Positions 20,436 through 30,163 of a stretch of DNA of 64,000 nucleotides are shown here, in pieces. Each line of letters starts with the position of its first letter. Position 1 is the first letter of the stretch. The translations under genes and the position numbers were made by a program. The DNA comes from Patescibacteria group bacterium (GTDB lineage Bacteria; Patescibacteriota; Microgenomatia; UBA1400; PJMF01), in contig JBPOHR010000006.1 of NCBI GenBank assembly GCA_052035325.1, forward strand, positions 3,083 to 67,082, given 5' to 3'. The notes under the pieces were generated by a model. That model searched no databases. It was given only the letters and a program-made list of their open reading frames with translations, and was not told the origin of the DNA.

Positions 20436-20915
20436 ATGCAACAAAGCCTTGTAGCAAAACTACCACTAAAACCTGACACTACATGCATTGTTTCTGATTT
20501 TGTTTCGATTTCAGTGATTCGGCTAGCTAGCTTAATTACGCAACATGCAGACATACTGCTTCGAAAAAACTGCGATCTCACTCACGCGCAGTTCGCAGTG
20601 TTGATGATTTTGCAATGCGCTGGCTCTTCATCGCAAACACATATCGCCCAGCAACTCAAATTGACTACAGCAGCGGTGAGTAGATTGACCGATATTCTTG
20701 AGGGAAAACAACTCCTTAAACGTAGTTTTAACCCGCAAAACCGCCGTGAGAATATTCTTAAACTAACCAAAATAGGGCAACAACGTGTGATCAAAGCAAT
20801 TAAACTGATCAAACATGCAGAACACGACTTATTTGGCAGTCACCCCGACAATTCCATCTTCTTTGACAGAGTTGCTAATCTAGCGGCACACCTACAGAAA
20901 CACATTACAGTTTAA
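20436..20915 (+). CDS. MarR-family transcriptional regulator
   Basis: LTHAQFAVL...SQTHIA...AAVSRLTDILEGKQLLKR...NRRENILKLT. Divergent from the RND operon. Confidence 0.9.
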   Translation: MQQSLVAKLPLKPDTTCIVSDFVSISVIRLASLITQHADILLRKNCDLTHAQFAVLMILQCAGSSSQTHIAQQLKLTTAAVSRLTDILEGKQLLKRSFNPQNRRENILKLTKIGQQRVIKAIKLIKHAEHDLFGSHPDNSIFFDRVANLAAHLQKHITV

Positions 20916-21435
20916 GCAAATAGCGATTCTTGGCAGGGTTATGTGGTTCTGTTGAAACAGTATCTTGTAACTGACCGCCATTGGCCTGAATTATCTTGTT
21001 TGAAGGACCATTGGTCACATCACACGTCATTAACACGTTCTCTAACCCTAGCTCACGGGCTTTTTCCAGACCTAGTTGCAAAATGAGCTTGCCATAACCC
21101 TTTCCCCTTTGTGTTGGTCGAATGTCATAACCAATATGACCTCCCACTCGCTTGAGCCATCCACTTCGATCATTCAGATGGTGTCGGATATCGAGACGAC
21201 CGAGGTATTCATCACCGTCTGTCAACCAAAATACGGTATGTGGCACAAATCCAGGCGGCAGATATGCTCCTTCTGCTTCAAGTTTTAAGGTGTTTACGTA
21301 GTCATTAAAATGTTCCTCCAACCATTCTTCTGATAATTGTTCATAATTTGGTAAATGCTCCGCATGGTACTCACGTAGAGCAATCAGAAAACTAGTTTTG
21401 AACCGTTGATCGGGAAGTGATAAATAGGGAATCAT
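20905..21435 (-). CDS. GNAT-family acetyltransferase
   Basis: GGHIGYDIRPTQRGKGYG, LMTCDVTNGPSNKII. Confidence 0.9.
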   Translation of the reverse strand: MIPYLSLPDQRFKTSFLIALREYHAEHLPNYEQLSEEWLEEHFNDYVNTLKLEAEGAYLPPGFVPHTVFWLTDGDEYLGRLDIRHHLNDRSGWLKRVGGHIGYDIRPTQRGKGYGKLILQLGLEKARELGLENVLMTCDVTNGPSNKIIQANGGQLQDTVSTEPHNPAKNRYLLKL

Positions 21436-21473
21436 ACTCCCAGACTAACACCTCAAAATGCTATTATCAATTG

Positions 21474-23165
21474 ATGCATTTTCGCTGGCCGTTGCTTGGA
21501 ATGGTTCTGTTAGCCTGTTACTTGAGTATTGCCTCTCGGGCGTACGCACTTGAAACGCAGTATGTCGTCATCAATTTTTCAACTATCAATGAGGAACCAT
21601 GGGCAGCCCCGGAACCTGAGTGGCAATCTACAATCAAACCTCGTATTATCGCCGAGCTAAACGAGCTCATTGATACCTTGCCTGCTGGTACTGACCAACG
21701 TCAATTAGCTTGGAGTACTCTACTTGAGTACATGAACTTTCCCCTAGACACACCTTCCGAAAACTCTGTGTATGTCATTAAGGTCCACCGGATTTTTGAA
21801 ATTGCCCGTGAAGTCAACCTTCCTGTTTTTTTGCCTTTGAATGGTTTCCAATGGTGGGATGAACTACCTGAGTTATATAACTGGTGGGATCCTGATGGTA
21901 CACATACTGATCCTCAGTTTTTTGCTCGACAAGATAATCCAGAAGACTTCAAACGTCGATTTGTTGCCGGCTACCATCCTGAAAACAAGTGGAATGTCGA
22001 GTGGCAAGACCACCAGACACCAATGCAACTTAACTACCGCAATTGGGGTGGGGGAGGCTTTAGACTTGCACCACCCCCCAACTTGATGTGGTCATCACAC
22101 CAGGCACCACTTCAGTATCGACGCGTGTTATATGAACGCTTGCACGCAATTTTGACGGCCATTCAAGCTGAACGAATCAAGCTGACTACTGAAAATCGAT
22201 CAGCATTGTTTGTGGGTATTAGTCTGGGTACAGAAATTTCATTAAACGCTTCAGTTACCCCTGAAGACGAATTTATGCCCTACGGTTACCGCGCCTTAAG
22301 TGATTATCTATGCCCAGGAACCTGTATCACTTCACCAACACTGCAAACAAAAACCACCCAAGAACTGCATACCTTGCGAGGCGAGGTTGTAAATCGCTAT
22401 CTCACAGAACTATCCGAACAAGCCATCCGAAGTGGTTTGCCTAAATATACTATATATACACATGTCTGGGGTGAAGCTCTACCTGCTGATCCTAAATACA
22501 GTGAATATGCTGCCTCTGCAGTTAATCCCTACGCTAGACCTGGGATAAGTTTATATGGTTTTGCAGAAAAACCTTGGGAAAGCGAACCTTGGTATCATGC
22601 GCTACAAAGCACTGGTTGGCCAACTTGGGGCGCAGTGGAAACTTCAATTCCCAATAACTCTTCTGCAGGTAATATAGGACTTGGTTTACTCGATGCTAAA
22701 CCAGACTTTCCACCACCACACATTATCGTACTCTACAACTGGAGTGAACATCGCAACACCGCAGCAATACCTGTATTGCAGTCTGCACTGCATCAGGCTC
22801 CGCCAATCCACTGCACGCTCAGTCGCATTCAACCCGTTCAGTTGGTCACCCAAAATACAACCTTGGAATGGGAATGGCTTGACCCTGAATCAATTTCAAA
22901 CAATCAATCCATCAAGGTTGAAATCTGGAAAGGACCAACCCCTGAAAATAAGCCGTTTACTACCCTAACAGTACCGACATCAATCAATACCGCGCATCTA
23001 CCTCAGAATATGTCACCAGGTCTGTACACATGGCAAATCAAGACAGCAGGATGTGAATCGCACGTGAGCAGCAGCCCTCCTGCTTGGCTCGTCATCCCAC
23101 ATCATCAAGCTAGTGATCTAGTAGCTACCCAATCCGCTGTTCTCAAGTGGTTGATGGCACATTAG
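21474..23165 (+). CDS. Secreted hypothetical protein, possible clan GH-A TIM-barrel glycosidase with a C-terminal beta-sandwich
   Basis: Signal peptide ending AYA, Trp-rich, putative catalytic Glu in SLGTEI and WGAVET (inference). Confidence 0.55.
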   Translation: MHFRWPLLGMVLLACYLSIASRAYALETQYVVINFSTINEEPWAAPEPEWQSTIKPRIIAELNELIDTLPAGTDQRQLAWSTLLEYMNFPLDTPSENSVYVIKVHRIFEIAREVNLPVFLPLNGFQWWDELPELYNWWDPDGTHTDPQFFARQDNPEDFKRRFVAGYHPENKWNVEWQDHQTPMQLNYRNWGGGGFRLAPPPNLMWSSHQAPLQYRRVLYERLHAILTAIQAERIKLTTENRSALFVGISLGTEISLNASVTPEDEFMPYGYRALSDYLCPGTCITSPTLQTKTTQELHTLRGEVVNRYLTELSEQAIRSGLPKYTIYTHVWGEALPADPKYSEYAASAVNPYARPGISLYGFAEKPWESEPWYHALQSTGWPTWGAVETSIPNNSSAGNIGLGLLDAKPDFPPPHIIVLYNWSEHRNTAAIPVLQSALHQAPPIHCTLSRIQPVQLVTQNTTLEWEWLDPESISNNQSIKVEIWKGPTPENKPFTTLTVPTSINTAHLPQNMSPGLYTWQIKTAGCESHVSSSPPAWLVIPHHQASDLVATQSAVLKWLMAH

Positions 23166-23216
23166 ACAAGTGAAAATATTCACTTAAGTCAATTCCGTAG
23201 AAAAAAAACGACGAAC

Positions 23217-23783
23217 CTAATCGTTCGATCGAGACATGTACTGACCGTTTTCAGTATCAATCACTAACACATCCCCAACCTTCGTAAAGATAGGTGCTTG
23301 CACTACCATACCTGTCTCAACAGTGACAGGTTTTTTGGGTGCGTTGACGCGATTTCCTGCTACTGCATCTTCCGCATAGGTCACTTTCAATTTAACTGTC
23401 GGTGGAAAACGTACCCCAATAGCTTTTTCTTCAAAGAAAATGACATACATCGTAATGTCTGTTGTCAAAAAACCAAGTTTTCCCTCGAGTAAATCTGCAT
23501 CAATGGATACCTGTTCAAAGGTACGAGGATCCATAAACACTACCTCTTCGCCGTCAGTGTATGAGAACTGCATTTCGCGACTGCTGACATCAAGTTCCTC
23601 GACACTTTCACTCGATTTAAATGTGAACTCTTGCACTGCTCCAGTGCGGACGTTTTTTAATTTTGAGCGAGTAAATGCCGAACCTTTTCCTGGACTGACA
23701 AATTCTGTCTTAGTCACTAAATGAGGTTGATTCTTGAATAGAATATATGAACCCTTGCGAATGTTGCCACCATTAATTGTCAT
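23217..23783 (-). CDS. efp: Translation elongation factor P
   Basis: SPGKGSAF loop, TFKSSESVE, ETGMVVQAP, IDTENGQYMSR. Confidence 0.97.
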   Translation of the reverse strand: MTINGGNIRKGSYILFKNQPHLVTKTEFVSPGKGSAFTRSKLKNVRTGAVQEFTFKSSESVEELDVSSREMQFSYTDGEEVVFMDPRTFEQVSIDADLLEGKLGFLTTDITMYVIFFEEKAIGVRFPPTVKLKVTYAEDAVAGNRVNAPKKPVTVETGMVVQAPIFTKVGDVLVIDTENGQYMSRSND

Positions 23784-23869
23784 AATAAACTCAGCCTTAA
23801 ATGCTACGTGAAGACTGAATTATAATCCAAGCACATCATAAATGAAAGCTCAGCGGCCTAACTAGCACA

Positions 23870-24937
23870 TTAACTCTGGACATCAAACACATCACGGACT
23901 GGGAAAAACATCGTGTCATGAATCGTCGGCGTATCAGCCAGCAACATGATTAAGCGATCAACTCCTACAGCAATGCCGCCAGTTTTTGGCATACCACTTT
24001 TCAGAGCATCGATAAAGTCTTCGTCGAGTTCATACTCTTTTCGGCCCATTGTTTTGCGCAACTTAAGATCAGCTCGTAATCGAGCTTCTTGCTCAGTTGC
24101 GTCAGTCAATTCCGAAAAAGCATTTCCTAGTTCGATACCGGCAATGTAGAACTCAAAGCGCTCAGCAAAGCGAGGATCGCTGACTTTTCTTTGAGAAAGA
24201 GCAGCTTGTGAAACAGGATAATCATACAAAATCAATGGCTGACGCATTTCAAAAAAGTGAGGTTCAATTTCGTTGAGCAACAACTGGTTGTAGGCTTCCT
24301 CCCAAGTTGTTTCGGTTGTAATTGTGTAGTTTCGCCGAGCGCATTCCGCCAACAAAGCATCACGATCCAAGAGTTCATCCGCGGTTATACCAACAAATTT
24401 CTGAAACGCCTCCGCTACTGACAAACGTGGCCATGGGGCAGTCAAGTCATAGGTTTTACCTTGGTGAGTCAGCAGTGGTCGAGCATCTTTTGGTTGGTCT
24501 TTTCCTTGTGTCGCATGCCACAATTCAAGCAATAAGTTCTCGCAATCAGTCATCACATCGGTGTAGTCGGCATTGGTCCGATACCATTCCAAAATCAAAA
24601 ACTCAGGATTATGGCGTGAACTTAAACCTTCTGTATTACGAAAGCTTTTTGTCAGCTGAAAAATATCCCCAATACCCGCAGCCAGCAATTTTTTCATGGC
24701 ATACTCAGGACTAGTAATAAGAAAGCCCGTCTTGGTAATGCCTTCAGCAGTTTTGAGAGTTGTATCAAAAAATTCTAGATAGGTTTCCGTGCTTGGTCGT
24801 TCTACCATAATTGGAGTCTCAACCTCATGAAAATGAGACTTTTTGAAAAAAGATCGAATCGTGTCAACTACCGTTTCACGAATGAAGTATTGAGGTAAAA
24901 GTGAGGGGTTTTGTTTGATTTTTTGCCAGGTTTTCAT
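23870..24937 (-). CDS. epmA: EF-P lysine--(R)-beta-lysine ligase (GenX/PoxA)
   Basis: LysRS catalytic domain without anticodon domain: EVETP, TSPEYAMKKLLAAG, FRN...HNPEF, ERFEFY...ELGNAFSEL, GIAVGVDRL. Adjacent to efp. Confidence 0.93.
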   Translation of the reverse strand: MKTWQKIKQNPSLLPQYFIRETVVDTIRSFFKKSHFHEVETPIMVERPSTETYLEFFDTTLKTAEGITKTGFLITSPEYAMKKLLAAGIGDIFQLTKSFRNTEGLSSRHNPEFLILEWYRTNADYTDVMTDCENLLLELWHATQGKDQPKDARPLLTHQGKTYDLTAPWPRLSVAEAFQKFVGITADELLDRDALLAECARRNYTITTETTWEEAYNQLLLNEIEPHFFEMRQPLILYDYPVSQAALSQRKVSDPRFAERFEFYIAGIELGNAFSELTDATEQEARLRADLKLRKTMGRKEYELDEDFIDALKSGMPKTGGIAVGVDRLIMLLADTPTIHDTMFFPVRDVFDVQS

Positions 24938-24979
24938 TGCGAAATTATACCTTTAATCCTCGAAAAAATGTTACTATGA

Positions 24980-25969
24980 ATGTGGATGTCAAAAATATGG
25001 TTCAGGTTACTAGTGGCGACACTGGTTATAACAGTGGGTATTCTAGTAGCACTTCCTCATATCGGACAAACTGCTGTCACCACGTTACGTCCCACTTCGA
25101 CAGAACCAAGTACTACGACGCTGCTGGTTACTGGCGATGTGCTGACTGCTCGCAGTGTCAATACGATCGCTACCCGTCAACAAGACTTCACTTGGCCTTT
25201 TGCCAAAACGGCAGATCAGCTTCGGGCTGCGGACATCACCTTTATTAACCTTGAAACACCATTGATTGAAAACTGTCCATTGACTGATTCAGGGATGATT
25301 TTTTGTGGTGATCTTCGCCACGTCGAAGGTCTGACCTTTGCCGGCATTGATGTTGTCAACCTTGCCAATAATCACATGGGAAATCATGGTCTAGGTGGTG
25401 TCAACCAAACCGTTGCCGCACTCAATCAGGCGGGATTAAAAGTCACCGGCATCGATGGACCTACATACGTCAAACATGGCACGACAACTTTTGCATTTTT
25501 GGGATTCAACGAAGTAGATCGACAGGTTGGAGTGGCGGCAGCTGATGATGATCATATTGTTGTCCAGCTAGCAGAAGCTCGTCAACGCGCCGACGTCGTG
25601 GTGATTCAGTTTCACTGGGGAGCAGAATATCGGCGCGAACCCACTACCAACCAAGTGCGATTAGCTCATCTAGCAATCGACAACGGAGCAGACCTAGTGG
25701 TAGGCAATCACCCACATTGGTGGCAGCCATCGGAAATCTATAAGGGTAAAACGATTTCATACAGCATGGGTAATTTTATTTTCGATCAAATGTGGTCGGA
25801 AGAGACGCGAGAAGGATTGGTTGGACTGTACACATTTGAAGGCAACAATTTGATTAAAACGCAAATGTTGCCTATCAAAATTGATAACTATGGTCAGCCT
25901 CGTTGGTTGGAAGGAGAAGAAAAGGAACGAGTGCTGAAGGAGTACAACGACGCCCTACGGAATTCTTAG
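24980..25969 (+). CDS. CapA (PGA_cap) family metallophosphoesterase, membrane-anchored
   Basis: TGDV, INLETP, NLANNH, HWGAEY, GADLVVGNHPH, YSMGNFIFDQ. Confidence 0.92.
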   Translation: MWMSKIWFRLLVATLVITVGILVALPHIGQTAVTTLRPTSTEPSTTTLLVTGDVLTARSVNTIATRQQDFTWPFAKTADQLRAADITFINLETPLIENCPLTDSGMIFCGDLRHVEGLTFAGIDVVNLANNHMGNHGLGGVNQTVAALNQAGLKVTGIDGPTYVKHGTTTFAFLGFNEVDRQVGVAAADDDHIVVQLAEARQRADVVVIQFHWGAEYRREPTTNQVRLAHLAIDNGADLVVGNHPHWWQPSEIYKGKTISYSMGNFIFDQMWSEETREGLVGLYTFEGNNLIKTQMLPIKIDNYGQPRWLEGEEKERVLKEYNDALRNS

Positions 25970-27789
25970 ACCACCTTCAAGTTTTTCTTGCGCAAACGCA
26001 AGTTCTTCGGTGTGACTTCCAGAAATTCGTCGGCTGCTAAGAAGGTCAACAGCACTTCAAGTGACATCACCACCGGTGGAGCAAGTTTGATCAATTGATC
26101 GGCACTGGCTGCACGCACATTGGTTTGTTTCTTGCCACGCACCACGTTCATTACGATATCTTCTTGTTTCATGTTTTGGCCGACAATCATTCCCATATAG
26201 ACTTCGGTGCCCGGTTCAATAAAGGTCACGCCTCGTTCTTGCAATTTTTCGAGGGCATACGAAGTGGACTGACCACCTTCACTGGCGATCAACACACCGT
26301 TGCGCTGCCACGGTAATTCTTCACCCTTTGGCTTGTAACCCATAAACAGAGTATTCACCACGCCCATTCCAGAAGTAAGGGTCTGGAATTGACTGCGAAA
26401 ACCGATCAAAGACCGAGTAGGCAACTCAAAGTCAAAACGCATACCTGTCTTAAGTGGCTTCATGTGTTTGAAAATTGCTTTGCGAATACCCATTTCAGTG
26501 GTCACGACACCAACAAATTGTTCAGGCACTTCGATGGTAACTTGTTCCCATGGTTCTTGCATGTGTCCATCAATTTCTTTGAAAATAACTTCGGGACGAC
26601 CAACGGAGAACTCAAAACCTTCGCGACGCATTGTTTCAATCAATATTGATAAATGGAGTTCACCGCGACCAGAAATGATAAAACTTTCCGGTGAGAGGCC
26701 AGGTTGGACACGCAGACCAACGTTGGTTTCTAGTTCTTTTTGCAAGCGTTGACTGATCTGACGTGACGTGGTGAACTCACCGTCCTTGCCCACAAATGGA
26801 GACGTTGATACCGCAAATTGTATCTGGACAGTTGGTTCAGAAATGGCGAGGGGAGGAAGTGCTTCTTCCTGACCAAGTGTGGTCAGGGTATCACCCATCT
26901 TGGCATCAAATCCTGTGAGTGCCACAATATCGCCGGCTTGAACTACTTCGACCGGCAATTTCCCTAAACCTTTGTACGTAAATAAATGCTCTATGCGTGA
27001 CTGACCAATTTTTCCTTCTTCACCTCGGACGATAGCAAGTGCTTCGCCAGCTCGTGCTTGGCCACGACGGACGCGACCGATTACATAGCGACCTTTGTAC
27101 CCATCGGCATCAAGACTCGTCACCTGCATCTGGAAGCCACCGTCCGCGCTCCCCACTGGAGCAGGCACCTCTTTGATAATCGCTTCAAATAATGGCTGGA
27201 GACTGGTACTATTTTTGATCGTCATGGAGTTATCAGTATTTGTTTCCAACTCTGTACCAGCTATACCTTCGCGACCAATGGCATAAATAATCGGGAACTC
27301 TAGCTGCGATTCATCCTCAGCCAAATCCAAAAATAAATCAGCAATTTCAGAAGATACCTCACTAATGCGTTGATCTTTACGATCCACTTTATTGATCACG
27401 ACAATTGGACGCAGATGTGCACGTAGTGCCAGACTCAACACGTAGCGTGTCTGTGACAACACACCTTCAGAGGCATCTACCAACAATAAACATCCATCAG
27501 CCATGTTCATCACCCGTTCTACTTCACCACTGAAATCAGAGTGACCCGGCGTATCCAAAATGTTAATTTTGTAGTCGCCCCACATCACCGCGGTATTTTT
27601 GGCCAAGATGGTCACCCCGCGCTCGCGCTCGAGATCATTGGAATCCAAAATAGTGGTTTGTTGCATTTCCGATTGATAGTCAGCAAAAACGTGAGCTTGT
27701 TTGAGCAGTCCATCGACGAGAGTAGTTTTACCGTGGTCCACGTGAGCAATAATGGCAATATTACGGATTTTGGCAGGATCAAAAAGCAT
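25966..27789 (-). CDS. typA: Translational GTPase TypA/BipA
   Basis: IAHVDHGKTTLVD, ERERGVTILAKN, DTPGHSDFSGEVER, NKVD, GRGELHL, EVTPKNLRLRK. Confidence 0.97.
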   Translation of the reverse strand: MLFDPAKIRNIAIIAHVDHGKTTLVDGLLKQAHVFADYQSEMQQTTILDSNDLERERGVTILAKNTAVMWGDYKINILDTPGHSDFSGEVERVMNMADGCLLLVDASEGVLSQTRYVLSLALRAHLRPIVVINKVDRKDQRISEVSSEIADLFLDLAEDESQLEFPIIYAIGREGIAGTELETNTDNSMTIKNSTSLQPLFEAIIKEVPAPVGSADGGFQMQVTSLDADGYKGRYVIGRVRRGQARAGEALAIVRGEEGKIGQSRIEHLFTYKGLGKLPVEVVQAGDIVALTGFDAKMGDTLTTLGQEEALPPLAISEPTVQIQFAVSTSPFVGKDGEFTTSRQISQRLQKELETNVGLRVQPGLSPESFIISGRGELHLSILIETMRREGFEFSVGRPEVIFKEIDGHMQEPWEQVTIEVPEQFVGVVTTEMGIRKAIFKHMKPLKTGMRFDFELPTRSLIGFRSQFQTLTSGMGVVNTLFMGYKPKGEELPWQRNGVLIASEGGQSTSYALEKLQERGVTFIEPGTEVYMGMIVGQNMKQEDIVMNVVRGKKQTNVRAASADQLIKLAPPVVMSLEVLLTFLAADEFLEVTPKNLRLRKKNLKVV

Positions 27790-27902
27790 TCCGGTATTGT
27801 ACCAGATCTGGAGATAAGTAGCTAGGGTGAGTTACTTACATGAAAACAGCAATTCTGCGTTTGTCAGCGTTTTGTCAGCTTGTGCTGTCACACTATGGCT
27901 AT

Positions 27903-28583
27903 ATGAAACTTGCTGACATGCCACGCCACACTCGTCCTCGCGAAAAGCTCGCCACACTAGGCGCCCAAAATCTTCGTGAAGCTGAGCTTTTGGCAATCTT
28001 GCTGAGAACTGGATATCGCGGCAAAAACGCCGTTGAACTTGCCGAGCGAATTCTACGTCGGTACCCCCTTGTTGACTTACTAGGTTTGCCACTTGCCACG
28101 CTAACCAGCATCAAAGGTATCGGTCCATCCCGAGCTGCCATGCTGCAAGCGGTCTCGGAACTGGCGCTATTGATCTTAGGAAAAAAGACGCCCCGGATTT
28201 CCTGTCCAGATGACGCGGTGGCAATGCTGCAACACCTCAAGCATCGCAAACAAGAATACTTAATTGGTATCTATCTTAACGCACGCCGAGAAGTGATTGC
28301 TCAAGAAACTATCACCATTGGAACGATTGATGCCAGCCTGATTCATCCTCGCGAAGTCTTTGCACCTGCCCTAAGCCATCGAGCAAGTTGCTTGGTAATT
28401 GCCCATAATCATCCCTCAGGAGACACCACGCCATCACTTGATGATGTTGAAGCAACTGAAAAATTAGTTGAAGCAGGAGAGATCTTGGATATACATATAC
28501 TTGATCATGTCATCATTGCAGATGACAGCTGGACGAGCTTGCGCCAACAACACGTCGTTGAATTTCGAGGATCAATCGAGTAG
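27903..28583 (+). CDS. radC: RadC/JAB-domain protein
   Basis: RPREKL...ELLAILLRTG, HhH KGIG, HPREVF, AHNHPSGD, ILDHVII. Confidence 0.95.
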   Translation: MKLADMPRHTRPREKLATLGAQNLREAELLAILLRTGYRGKNAVELAERILRRYPLVDLLGLPLATLTSIKGIGPSRAAMLQAVSELALLILGKKTPRISCPDDAVAMLQHLKHRKQEYLIGIYLNARREVIAQETITIGTIDASLIHPREVFAPALSHRASCLVIAHNHPSGDTTPSLDDVEATEKLVEAGEILDIHILDHVIIADDSWTSLRQQHVVEFRGSIE

Positions 28584-28592
28584 GCTTGCTGT

Positions 28593-29462
28593 ATGCCAGG
28601 AGACAAATTTAGCGCTGTTTGGGTATCACATTCTTCGATGAGTGATTTTTTGAAGTGCCCACGGTCCTACTATCTAAAGAACGTCTATAAAGATCCAAAA
28701 ACCAATCACAAAATTGCGGTGATGTCGCCAGCGCTAGCCCTCGGGCAAGCAGTGCATGAAGTAGTAGAAAGCTTGTCCGTGCTACCCACCGACAATCGAT
28801 TCAAAGAATCGTTGATTGCTAAGTTTGAACGTGCCTGGCAGAAAGTCTCCGGTAAACGGGGAGGCTTCACCAGTGCTGATCAAGAAGCATCCTACAAAGC
28901 CCGTGGCGCTGATATGATTCGTCGAGTCATGGATCATCCGGGTCCAGTGGCCCGTCGAGCAGTGAAAATTAAAATGGACTTACCTCATTATTGGTTATCA
29001 GAAGAAGACAATATCATTCTATGTGGCAAAGTTGATTGGCTTGAATGGTTGCCAGACAAAGAAGCAGTCAGTATTGTTGACTTCAAAACTGGCAAAGCTG
29101 ATGAAGACAGTGAATCACTCCAACTCCCTATTTACCATCTCTTGGTCACAAATTGCCAACAATGGCCAGTAGACTCCGCCTATTACTGGTATCTTGATCG
29201 AGACAATGAGATGACGCCATGCAGTTTGCCAGATTTAGAAGAAGCCTATGAGCGAGTTATGGAAGTAGCCAAACAAGTTAAGTTGGCTCGCAAATTAGAT
29301 CTATTCAAATGTCCAAAAGGGGAGAGTGGCTGCTTTGCGTGCCGTGACTACGAAGCTGTGCTCCACGGTGATGCAGAGTTGATCGGGCAAGATGACATGC
29401 GACGTGACATCTACATCCTACCCGACCGAACTTCCACTGCTCCCGAGAGCGAAATTCTCTAG
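28593..29462 (+). CDS. PD-(D/E)XK (RecB/AddB-like) nuclease with a 1+3 Cys Fe-S motif
   Basis: KCP...G.AVH, GKVD, IVDFKTG, QLPIY, C-terminal CPKGESGCFAC. Confidence 0.85.
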   Translation: MPGDKFSAVWVSHSSMSDFLKCPRSYYLKNVYKDPKTNHKIAVMSPALALGQAVHEVVESLSVLPTDNRFKESLIAKFERAWQKVSGKRGGFTSADQEASYKARGADMIRRVMDHPGPVARRAVKIKMDLPHYWLSEEDNIILCGKVDWLEWLPDKEAVSIVDFKTGKADEDSESLQLPIYHLLVTNCQQWPVDSAYYWYLDRDNEMTPCSLPDLEEAYERVMEVAKQVKLARKLDLFKCPKGESGCFACRDYEAVLHGDAELIGQDDMRRDIYILPDRTSTAPESEIL

Positions 29463-29485
29463 TTTTGCCATTTTGCGGCCAAAGC

Positions 29486-30049
29486 CTACTTCACTTCGAT
29501 TGCAATTTCTGACAACGGTCGACGTTGGCTGATTTCTTCTGTGACAATTTCGTCACTCGGTTTTCCTACCGCAACCATGGCCTCAACCGTGTATTCATCA
29601 GATAAACCAAGCACTTTTTTAGCTTTGACCCGATCGATCTGCATACCGTGGACCACCAAGTTGCGTCGTGAACCTTCTATCATCAAAGCTTCCATGGCCG
29701 CACCCGACACAAAACTATGGGCGTCATCTGGCTCACCGTTGTAATCAAAGGTGTTTTTTGATACGACTACCATCAACACGGCTGCGGTTGCTGTCCACTG
29801 CTGATTAAACTCCCCAAGTGTCGAAACTAATTTCTTAAATCCGTCTGTATCACGGTGCGCATAGTAAAAACGCCATGGTTGATTATTGTATGCAGATGGT
29901 GCCCACTGCGCAGCAGCAAAAAGTATCTCAAGTTCAGCTGAAGCAATATCTTCCCCAGTCATTTTGCGAGGCGACCATCGATAGATAAGTTCTGGTAAGA
30001 CATCATGGGTGTTCTGTCGCAGTTTTTTGGCTGCATCGTGAATGGTCAT
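29486..30049 (-). CDS. Nitroreductase family protein
   Basis: RWSPRK, AAQWAPSAYNNQPWRF, AVGK. SD AGAAAGGAAG. Confidence 0.92.
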   Translation of the reverse strand: MTIHDAAKKLRQNTHDVLPELIYRWSPRKMTGEDIASAELEILFAAAQWAPSAYNNQPWRFYYAHRDTDGFKKLVSTLGEFNQQWTATAAVLMVVVSKNTFDYNGEPDDAHSFVSGAAMEALMIEGSRRNLVVHGMQIDRVKAKKVLGLSDEYTVEAMVAVGKPSDEIVTEEISQRRPLSEIAIEVK

Positions 30050-30163
30050 GACTTCCTTTCTGTACTCCGTTTTTGACGTGAGCGACGAAAAAATCCGCGG
30101 GCAAATGCCGTGCGGTGACTATGGACAAGCCTAGTTAGCGCTGTCCAGCTATAATACTACGTC

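Noticed and set aside
23870-24937. Lysyl-tRNA synthetase
   Set aside because: It lacks the OB-fold anticodon domain and sits next to efp, so it is EpmA.
28593-29462. Cas4 of a CRISPR-Cas locus
   Set aside because: No cas1/cas2 or array nearby; it fits a solo RecB/AddB-like nuclease.
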